The position numbers and the translations under genes were made by a program. Shown here one piece after another: positions 24,760-36,700 of a stretch of 64,000 bases of DNA (the first letter of the stretch is position 1; each line of letters opens with the position of its first letter). Under the pieces are notes generated by a model, which did not search any database, was not told where the DNA came from, and saw only the letters and a program-made list of their open reading frames with translations. The DNA is taken from assembly GCF_001194135.2 (NCBI RefSeq), contig NC_068982.1, positions 166,454,626 through 166,518,625 of the forward strand, written 5' to 3'. This stretch comes from Octopus bimaculoides (taxonomy: Eukaryota).

Positions 24760-27700
24760 AATAAACACTAAAGATTTGCATGTTTATCNNNNNNNNNNNN
24801 NNNNNNNNNNNNNNNNNNNNNNNNNNNNNNNNNNNNNNNTTTCACTACATTTTGTAATGCAATTACATACACGCACACAAAGTGATGCACTTTGAATTTC
24901 CACAAACTGCCAACATGACAATGCCAACTGTTGATACATGACATAATATTGGGTCATCCCATGAATAATGCAGTTTTTTCATATTTCTTTTATTATTCAA
25001 AATTGAGATAAGCAAAGATCTTTTTTAATCTAAAATATACTCTCCACCATTTTCTACAATGCTCTTCCATCTATGTGGTAGACTTGCAAGGCCCCTCTTC
25101 TAAAATTCACTTGTCCATGATGGAAAAATACTCCTCCAGTACTGTTCTGACCTTGTCTGCAGAATTTATATTTTTTTCCATCCTAATGATTTTGAAGACT
25201 GCAGAATAATTGATAAACAGATGGAGCAATGTCTGGCGAATGTGGTGGGTGGGGCACCGTTTCCCATTCAAACTGCTCTGGCCTTTGGAATGTCATCCTC
25301 ATTGTATTTTGTTGAGCATTATCCTGATGGAAGAACATCTTTTGTCTTGAAACCAAAGATGGTCATTTTCCTTCTAGCACTGACTTGAATGTCTGGTTGA
25401 ATGACCAAATCCAAGCTCCTCTACTAGTTCCTCAACAGTTATAATGGGATTTTGTTCCACCAAGATTTTCAGGACGTCCTTGTCGAGCTCTACAGATCTT
25501 CCAGGGCAAGGCTCATCTAGGCTGTAGTTTCCAGCTCAGAATTTCTGGAACCACAGTTGACACTGACTTATGCTTTTAGCCAATCCCCATATACTGCATT
25601 AATATTGCTTGCATTGTTGCCTTTATAGAACTCATAAAGGCAAATATGCTCCTTTGTCACTTCCATCATAACTTTGAAAAAATAACTGTTAAAATCGAAC
25701 TGCACTCTTCAAACTTGCACTATAAGAAAAAGGTAAAATTATTATCTGCTTTTATAGCAAGTTGATGTAGGTAGTTTATTCTGTCCCCTTCCAACTTTAG
25801 TTCATGCAATTGAAAAAAGCCACATTATTCATGGGATGACTTAATACATAGTCTTGCAGTGTCTATGTTATCAATATATACTTTGTTACAAATAAGATTT
25901 TATTTCTAATATGGTCTCTAAATGAATCATTTCCTAGAATAACTTGCTTTGAGTCAAACAAAAAATAATAAAAAAAAAACAATGGTTCCAACATATTTGG
26001 CAAATTGGGCAACACTACACATTGAGTGACTTGTTCATTACTATAGCATTTTTTTAGCCATGAAATTTCAGAGATATAGATTGAAGATAACAGGAAAGTA
26101 TTAATGAACAATAAAAAATGAATATATTATGTTCCCTTCTTCACTCCCAATTAATCTTTTGCTCACTGCTTCTTATTTACATACAAAAATAGCAACATAA
26201 TAACACAGGGCTCTAAAGTCATTTATGTTTAGCAGAAAAAGAAAAGACTTTACATATTTGATATCTGGCAATACTAGTTAACTGTGTGCATATATGTGTG
26301 AAAGATTAACAATCAAAAATATAAGTAGGAAGATCTAAAAATCTATACTTCAGATCTTTGACAGCCCCTTTCTATATTGACATCCTAGAAGTAAACATTC
26401 AAAGATAAAATTAGGTCCATCCTCAAACTGGTCTTCTACAAAAAAAAAGAGTGGGTATCACTAAATTTGGTTTGCAAGTCACTGCTAACTGAATGTAAGC
26501 ATAACAAAAAGGTACTCACATTTAATAGATAAGCATTTCCATTAGCCATATATATAGGAAACTATTCAATAAACAAAATTTTAGTTGTACACAAGTGTGA
26601 AGGAAATTATAGCACATAGGCCTATCATGCACATATTGATACCATTTGCTCATCTAGAGAAACCAGTGCAAGCTGGATGAATGAATTGTGTGACACAGAA
26701 GCCCTCATACCACTTCTTTCAAAAATAACTGATATTCTGGCAAAATGAAGAATTTCTAACATGGTATTAATTAAAAAAGAAAAAGGAAATTAATAAAAAA
26801 AAGTGTTATTGTAAACAAAGCTTGTTTTGTTTACTTACTCAGCTATAGCTACTATTGAACTATTACTGTATCTTGGAGAAGAGGACATTGATAAAGAAGA
26901 TTGATTTCTTCTCATGGCATTGGTGATATCTTTCTCTGCAATCTGTCAATTTAAATTAGAAACACAAATTTATTAGTCAAACAACTGTTCCCAAGAAATC
27001 AGGAGCTCAAAGTTTTGAGTTCATTGTGAATTCTTTAAAGCTTCTTAGGTGCTAGCAAAAATACAAACACTTTCTCTCCAATGAGCATTTTAAAAGAGGA
27101 ATACAAAGTAGTTGGTGACTGATCTGCCTACACAACCAGTATGATGCCAAAATCTTTGCACCAACTATGAGGATGTATTGCTCATAAGACCAGTTTACAT
27201 ATATAAATGAAAATACAAAGTGAATATGGTGGGATGGAAGTAAAACTATATACATATACCAAGCACTCCAATGCCTCCATCAGGAACTCACTCTCTCATC
27301 TCACTGAACAACAGATTTCCACATTTCATATACAGCCTCATATACACTGTAGTTAGTCTAGTTGACCACATTAATTTCATTTTATGCTAATTATTCATAG
27401 CTGCAAATATATCTTGTTGCTGATCCATCCAAATCAATTGATTGAATGGTAAAATCAACATAATTTTCAGTGATTTCCTAGTTGTCTGACAAAGTTTATT
27501 TTGCTGTACCTGTAAATAACATAAGCTGTATTATCTCAAGGATATCACTAGGATTTTTAATATCTTCCACTCATATTAGACAAGAGGCTCAAGCTTATTT
27601 TTAAATGATTAACATATAAAGCTAGTCACTCCTCATCAATACACAAATCAAACTTTCACACTGTAAATCATAAATCAAACAATCAGTTAACCCCTGATGG

Positions 27701-30700
27701 AGATTCTCCAGTGACTAATTAGCTAAATTTGTTCCGGCAACTTAGAGTTTCCTTTTCAACCACAAGTAACTGCTTTTCTGAATCTGTTGAGTTTGTCACA
27801 CTTTCACTCAAATCTAGTCAGAGTACTTGCTTTTCTTCCTTCCTTTACCATGTTTAACTTCTCAGTAACATTTTATAACTCTTAATTAGGCAGTCAAGCA
27901 AATGAGGGAGCTTCCATGTGGTTGCTTGATCTTCTGCAAATAGTAACCAAATCTCCCTCATTAAAAATCAAGCCATCTTTGAAATGGAGTGATATACTGG
28001 ATTATGTAGTCCTAGATATGTAATCCACACGAAAAGAAACTGGGTGGCCATAGCTGGAAAGCATTTGATCATAGCTCAGACAGAGCCAACCTAAGAACGA
28101 TTCTTAACTTGCTTATATTAACCTACAAGACTTCAAACTCAATACTGACTGCGTTAACTTAACTCAGTTATACTAGTCCCTATCTTGATCTGGAAAAGCA
28201 TGACCTCCATCACCACAAAATAACCTATAAAACAAGCTGACAATAAAGCATAAATAGACAGAAATGTCTGTAACAAATTTTAAAGTCCAAAGCATCAACC
28301 AATTGGAAATGAATGCATTTAAATTTTCCTTACCCGCAAACCACATTCCTCTTCAATGCAATCACACAGTTTAACAAACCGATGCTCCATATGAGCATGT
28401 AAAGGTTTTATTCCTTCAGGAGAAAGCCGTTTGTGTACCTGAAGGGCATCTCTCAACAAAGCACCCTAGGGAATAGCAGAAAATACAAAACTTACATCAT
28501 TATAAACATTTAAAATATAATTTTTTTAAGATCAAGTAAAACTTACATTTCTATTTATCTACTAAAAACGTAAAATAGTTACAAAAAAGAAAGAAAGAAA
28601 AAAAAAATGAGAAATTACCTGCTCCAAAGTTAAACTCTTCAGCCTGGAAATCATGTCAACAGTATTTTTGTCATTTTCATGGTTCATTAGGAATTCAGCG
28701 GAATAAAACTCCTAGAGAGTGAATGAAAATACAATAAAAGGAACTTAGAAACTGTATTGCTTTTAATTAAAAAAAATAAATAAATAATAAATAAAAATTA
28801 TCATGAAAATGAAGAATTCCTTGAAAATTTAGAATGAAATAGTGACCATTTCGAAGTCAACCAATCTGACACTGCTTCTATTCCTACAAAATCACCCATT
28901 TAAAAATCTTATTATTTAAATTAAAACTTCCCATCACAATTTTATGAAAGAATCTTTTGTATTATTTTAAGATACAAACTTAATAGAGAAAAATGTTAGC
29001 TACTAGTCTATTTAAATTCTTGATAAATTTCAAAATGGATTCTATGATCAGTTTTAATTTTTTTAATACTATATTTGCTTATTTTGTTTTACTATCTATT
29101 TGCTTGTCTAAGCTTGGGTAGAACTACTCATACATTTTCAGGGTCTCCTAGCAATATAAAATTTTATCAAACAACAGTGCAGTAAAGACAAAAAAATGTT
29201 TATGTAACTATTTTTTTGCAAGAAATATGGAAAAGATTTCAGAAAGCATATTTACTTTGTAGTTGAGAATGCCCTTGTTAACTGCAGGATCAACAACTCC
29301 ACTCAATAACATAGTAAGCTGGTCAACCCTCAAACTAGGATCTTTGTTATGCTGGCCTATAAGTCCTTGAAGTTTCTTATTTGTTGTTTCTAGCGTTTCA
29401 ATTGCAGTTTCAAGTGGACTAACTTCAACCTGAACAGAAAATAAAACAAAATTATTATGTATCACAGAAAGATGGTTTAAAAAACTGATAAAATTGTAAG
29501 GGAAATTTCAAACTCACCACTTCAGTAGAGACAACAGGAAACCAGCGAAGAATCCCTGGAAGTGGATGGGATATAACTAAAATTGTGCGTTCCAACCACA
29601 TGTCCTATAAAGTAGAACAGATTGTGTCAATAAAAATTAGAAAACTGGCTCAAAATCTTTGCATTACAAATAACATATAAACATTTTTTAAATGCATTTC
29701 TTAATATTAATGAAACACAATTAGCAAATTAAACAATGAATAAGACAACTAAATGTAGAGCATGCTAAATGTTAACCTGCATTATTGTGACAAAAGTCAC
29801 TTGATTTTATAAACTATATAGAATGATATTAAAACTATCTTAAGCTATACAATAAATCAATAAAAAGAAAACTACTGCTAGAAATAAAGGTGTTAATTTT
29901 TCTAAAGATTATATTTTTTATGCATATTTATCTGTTATGAAATATTTTAAAACACTAATTGAAAGTTTACCTTCACATCTTTGACATTGTCATCCATTCG
30001 TCGAGAATAGGTAAACTTTTGGACTTCATTGACCATATAGTAGCTGATAATTAGAAAAGTTAAAAATCAAGTCAGTACTCTGAAAATCATCATCATTTAA
30101 TGTCCACTTTCCATGCTGGCATGGGTTTGACAGTTTGACTGGAACTAGTAAGACTGAGAGCTGCACTAGGCTCCAGTCTGATTTGGCTGATGGTTTATAT
30201 AGCTGGATGCCCTTCCTAACGCCAACCACTCTAAAAGTGTAATAGGCACTTTTTACATGCCACTAGCATGGGTGCTATTTATATGAACCTGCAACAGCCA
30301 CAACTATGATCTCATGAGTGCCATTTACATGATACTGGCAATAGCCATGACTATGATTTCACTTGGTTTAACAAGTTTTCTCAAGCACAACATATCGCCA
30401 TGGTTTTGGTCACTTGTCATTGCATGAAGATCAATATAAACCAGTAAGATGAAATAACAAAATAGTAAGATCAGAACTTACCTTAAGATTGATTCACTCA
30501 CTGTCTTGTTCTTAAATTGACTTTTCAGATCTAAACATGGTGTAACTGCATTAATCTGCAGGTCTGTCTCTTAGTTAAAGAAACATAAAATGGCACAACA
30601 TTGCAAATTTTAAGCACTATTAGATGTAATGCAGGAATTCACCAAGACTAGATTTCTTTTTTAATTGATTAACATTCTATATAAACACAAAAGCTGTATA

Positions 30701-33700
30701 TAAACAAATGGAAATATCTTAAAAATTACTAGCAATAATATTTTCATTTTCTGTATTTGAAGTAAAATAAAATGAAACATTCAGAAAGAAAGGATACACT
30801 GTTTGGGAGACAATTTAATATCATCCCCTGGAGTGGATAAAGTGGTCAGTTTCTGTGAAGAGAAAAGTAGGTAGGATAAATAATTTGTTTTCTACAAATG
30901 CTTATTAACCAGCCTCTAAATTCTGTAACATAAAGCATTGACTCAAAGAAACAAAACTAGACATACAAAATATGGACAACATTGAATTTTCTTAACATAA
31001 AAAAAGGCAACAAGAATACTGTCCATTTTACAAAATAACTTCTGATTCCAATAAATCTATATTCATCAAATTTGCTACAGTAATTTATTTCTCAAAATAT
31101 TTCTTGAAGAAATGATCTCAATATTTACACAAATACTGCTGCTAATGATAACTGGCATTCAAGAAATAATTTTTGGTAAGATATTTTTTGAATGTATTGA
31201 ATATTTCAAAAGAAACAACTAAAAATTCTAAGATTACTATAAAACTGAAACCTAAAGGCCACTATATACTATATAATCTGTTCACAACTTACTTCGGCAT
31301 ATGGAAACATTGTCAGCAAACGAGCACTGAAGTCTGTAAGCCTTTCATATTCTTTCCCTCGGTAAATGTATACTTGGTTCTAAATAGATGAAAGAGATTA
31401 TTTTAATTAAACATAACAGTTAAGAAAAGTTTGGGCAACAGAAAGTTTTTTAACACGATTGATTTATAAACACTGACTGAGCTAGTAAGAAGGTTGATAA
31501 TCTGGTTGTTTTATCTGACCTATGATAGTTAAGTAGCCAAACTAGCATATGTAAGATGCCTGGCATAATTGGTGGAGTAGTATTTGATCTGTGTTTTAGT
31601 TGTACAATCCCAACTGCAGTGTTGACAACAAATTTTTTGCTTAAAATATACAGTCCTCAACATTAAGATAGTGGAAAGTTTGTTGAACATGAAGCAATAC
31701 AAATATTCATCCTATCAACTGTGATGTCCTCAAAGAATCTGCTTCACCTCTTTTGGTAACTAGTTTCATACACATCTATGCACAATCTTCTATACCATTC
31801 TCCACTGGTAACATTAGGAGCTCCCAAGGAGTTCCAACAATCTTTTAATGTAAAACAAAGTTGATGCACAAATGTTACTTTTAAAAGCAAGAATCACACT
31901 CTCTAATTCTCTCGAACATATAACTTAAAAGATCTCTCTAAGAGTTACCAATTACAGTTATCTTGAATGAAATCTATTCAAGACCAAAACAAAGAAACTT
32001 AGATTTCTCTTAGATGTTTAAGATATAACAGTTTGAAATGCATGATATTCTAAGTATTATTATCAGAGCATCCTACTCTGTAGTTGAAATATTTGCAGTA
32101 CATCCAGGAATCATTTACAATTTGATGGTTACTCTTTTGTTTTAAGCGGCAAAAACCCAGAAATAGACTAAATTTAAGAATAAAAGGTGTTTAATAATAA
32201 GTTTCAAATTTAATATAACTTTACAAACCTGAAGAAAAGATGGAAAACCTTTGCCATAATAAGCAACACGAAAATATTCTGAGGCATATCTCAATGTTTT
32301 CATGATCTGAACATATAGGTCAGCTTGCCTTTTCTATAAATGAGACAAAATATTGGCAACATTCTATGAGAATACTAAACATTTCAGTCAACCATGTATA
32401 GAGATGATGACAACAATACCAACAAATGCATCATTTGGATATATAAGTTGCCTATGGTAAAGTGATACATACCAGTAATTCACTCAGGTGTTCATAATCG
32501 AAGAGTTCATTTTCATAGAGATTTGCTAGTTCTTTGCACAGTTCAATTCCTTTTTCCCACATCTGGAAAAAGAATGGCTTTATTGAAGAAGTGATCTCAA
32601 TATTTATACAGAAATACTGCTGCTAATGACAATGATAACAGGCATTCAACAAGAAGAATGGTATTTCTTGTAAAGAATGAGAAAAGGAACATTGTTTTAG
32701 ACAAATCTGTCTAAAAAATATTTGCAATAATTTTACGGATATTACATTTGTCAAACTATATTTTATTCATCTCAATTTATATGTGACATAGACAATTGGT
32801 GATTTTTAATCATGTTTTGAGAAGAATAAAATAGCAGTTGTGACATTTATAAATTATCCAAAGGATATTATTGATGGAAAATAAAAACAAAAACTTGCTA
32901 AACAAAGAATCAAAACAATATTTAGGGACTTGATTCTTAATCTGTAATACCTGTTACTCATATATAAAATATTTCTAAAGCTACAAACAGAGCTCAGGTA
33001 TTGCAGATTGTATTGAGTGTATATATGTGATTAATTAAAAACACTAGAACTTATGAATTAAGTTAAAAAGAAAAATATGATGGTTAAAAACAGAAACTGA
33101 CTGGGCTAGACAAACAAGATTTGCACTTAAGAAGTGCATTAATAAAGAAGCTTTGAAAATAAATTTTTACATGTGTACAAGGCATCAGAGATATTGAAGT
33201 GAAACATGAAATGGAATATGGTTCATCTTGAGATCATTAGTGACAATTAGGGTCTGAGTGTGAATTTGAAACTTTGTTCTTTATACAGAATCTTCAATGT
33301 TCATATCTACTATGAGAGAGCCCCATATCAAATTTTGGGAAGGATAAAATAAAAGTAGAATAACCTTCATTCATTCGATATGCATAAGTCTTACATGGAT
33401 AAATATGCAAAGACAGTTTTAGCCATCAGCAATCCTAAGCCCCTAAAAAGTTTTGAGACTGAAATTCGAATAGTAGACCTGATTACTCTTCTCAGATTTA
33501 AGCAAAAGCAATATAATAATTACTTAGCTTTTAACCTCTATACTGAAATATGTTGTAAATGTTCCATGCTGGCACGGAACACAGATACTAAATAATAATG
33601 ATGACCGAGACCTTTGGAAATGTGCTGTGCGTGAGAAGACCCGGCAAGCCAAGTAAGATCGTTGCCAGTGCCCCTAGACTGGCTCTTGTGCGGGTGGCAC

Positions 33701-36700
33701 ATGAGATGCACCATTTTGAGCGTGGCCGTTGCCAGTACCGCCTGACTGGCTCCCGTAGGATTTTCGAGTGAGATTGTTGTCAGTGCCCCTGGACTGGCTT
33801 GTGCGGGTAGCACATAAAAGACACCATTTCGAGCGTGGCCGTTTTCGTGCGGGTGACACGTAAAAGCACCCACTACACTCTCTGAGTGGTTGGCGTTAGG
33901 AAGGGCATCCAGCTGTAGAAACTCTGCCAAATTAGATTGGAGCCTGGTGTTGCCATCCGGTTTCACCAGTCCTCAGTCAAATCGTCCAACCCATGCTAGC
34001 ATGGAAAGCGGACGTTAAACGATGATGATGATGATGTAAATAGGAAGATGCCAATGTTGACTATGACTAAATAGGGCTCACTGTCATTAGCCTATTATAG
34101 CAGTGTATCAAGAGTTATCAGCAGAGACATAATGATACTTACCTTGCCTCTCTCAAAGTAATCAATCATGTCATAATATAACCTCTCTTTCAGTGTTAAT
34201 TGGTTCTGGTACTCAGGGTACTGATGACTCATTAGTACAGGTGGAACTGATTTATCAGACCACTGAATAACATAAAAGATATTATACATTCATTTGGCAA
34301 GAAAGTATATTTGCAAGATTAAAATAAATATAAAAAATAAAAACAGTAATTTGCATTAAATTTTCCTTGAGCTTTATCAAAATGTAATGTTAAAGAGAGC
34401 ATTTTAATAATACTTTTTATTTTTCACAGAGTAAAATGACAGAATATCAGTAATACTATCTCAGTAACATATGTATATAATATAGATTGATTTCAGCAGT
34501 GCAACTTCCATATATAGCAAAACATTGAAATTCACACCAAAACACCAATAAAATATTCATGAATTTTAAAAAATATAATATTCCTACTTACAGATACTGA
34601 CAAAAATAGAAAGAAAAAATTCAAACATACTCTCATATGCTTGAAATTTTAAAATTTAAACAAGCAGTAGTAAATTGGTAGAGAAGGTTATCTGTTATTA
34701 AGTGATGTCTATACAGAGTAGTATATAATAGGCTGCTACAGATAAATTAAGGTTTTCGCAATCCAAGTGCTTTCTCAGTTACAGAAAGTGAAAAGCTGCA
34801 GAAGATTTTTGCTTTCCTCTCATCCATCAAAAACACTTATCAATCTCAAGTATACTAACATCAAGATGTATAAGTCTGCTGTCAGAGAACTGTCTTCCTT
34901 AGATTTAAAGGCCATTGTCACTGATCCTCTGTACTATTATGAATTTAATGGTAATCATATTTAATTCCCAATGACATATTTTATATAATAATAGTACTCA
35001 ATATAATGAGAAATGATAAACTAAGCTGAAAAAAATAATATAGTCCCCCCAAAATTGATATAGTCCTTTTATTTTTGTTCAACATGGTTGAAACAGTAAG
35101 GGCCCATACTTGTAGCAAAACAATAAAAACCACTCAAAATGTTGAAGTAATTAGGATTTGTTATTTTGTTTGAATTTTTAGAGTTGTCAAAAGAACATTA
35201 CTGCTTAACAAGAAAATGAAATATTAATAAATTAGTCATGTATTCAACAAGACACAAACACCATTTATAAATATATATAAAACAATACACATTGCTTTAC
35301 TAAATAAAGTCCAGATGTAACTTTTTTTTTATTTAATATTTTTTAAAACTTTATTTCTTCAGTGGTAGCTATTTTATCAACTCAGTCTGGTTCAAACTCA
35401 GAAGATACATGGACACAACTAATAAAAGATATATGGACACAACTGATTCTACCAATCTGCCTAACAAAACATAAAATGAAACTTGGGTGGGAGGAAATAT
35501 TTTTTAGATACTGTAGTTCTGTACTTACTTCAAGCATATTAGCATACAAGTTGAGGGCACAGGCAGCTTCAGTAAAATTATCACAGTCTAAATGCAGGTC
35601 ACACAGTTTATGCAGGTAGCGAACATATAGTTCTTCACGACAAATTTCATGATAAAAATTCTTTAAAAAGAAAACAAAAAACATTGAATAATGAAACCAA
35701 TTGTAAGATAAAAGTTAACTTACATTATCATCCCATTAAAAAAAACAAAAAAAAAAAACAAAAAAAAAACAGAAAAAAAAAAAGATATAATTTTTACATC
35801 TTTTTTCATGCCAGAAAGATAGGGAGATTTTCAAATAATGGACATTTGCATTCACAACTAAGCAGTTATCCTAAAAATTCAGTTGATAAATTATTAGAGT
35901 GAGGTACAATAATTTAAAAACACTTTGTCCAGTGTAGATTTTTTTTTATTATTTAATTCATGAAATAATTGCCTTAAATTATGTAGTTATAAAATATGAA
36001 TTTAAAATTAAATCATGATATTGGAGGAATGGAGGAATTTCAACCATGTTTCGTGGTCTGCTACCACAACAGCTCTTTTATAGGATCCAGTTAGCTCAAG
36101 ACATCATCAGGAGGAACCACGTCCAGTTTCGGCCCCTACTCCTCTACTGTTTTGACGTGGCGGAGCCACCCCCTTTCGGAGGTGTCTTCAGCTCTGGTGT
36201 TGGGTGCATGTCTTCTTTCACTGTTTGTGACTGTTCTAATTCAACTGTGGAATGTCCCTCGCTATGGTTATTTTCTGCTATGGCAGAATTGTTACCATAC
36301 CAGGCAAAATGTCACTACGCATTTTGCCCATCTTTGCATTCTGAGTTCAAATGCCACCAGGGTCGACTTTGCCTTTCATTCTTTTGGTGTCAATATAATA
36401 AGTACCAGTTGAGCACGGGTGGATTAATCAACTTACTGCTTCCTCAAATTGCTGGCCTTGTGTCAAAATTTGAAACCAATATCTATATAGCTAACTCAAA
36501 TTTTTTTAATGTCTATTTTTACATATCAAGATGAATGGGGTAGTTACTGTTAATTTAGATATTAGTGTGAGAACTGCTAGATTTCAGTATTTTTACTGCA
36601 GAATGTTTTTATGAAGTAAGACTGATGCTTGTTGTTACAATCAAGCAGACTGAGGCAAACAGATACCCTAACTAAAATCACAATGCACCACCTACAGAAA

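Noticed and set aside
33601-34036. Regularly repeated units that look like a CRISPR array (also 51560-51800)
   Set aside because: Eukaryotic context, no unique spacers and no cas genes; the units are part of an RTE 3' UTR.
36046-36534. 162-aa + strand ORF
   Set aside because: It runs across a repeat island and a SINE, with no protein motif.
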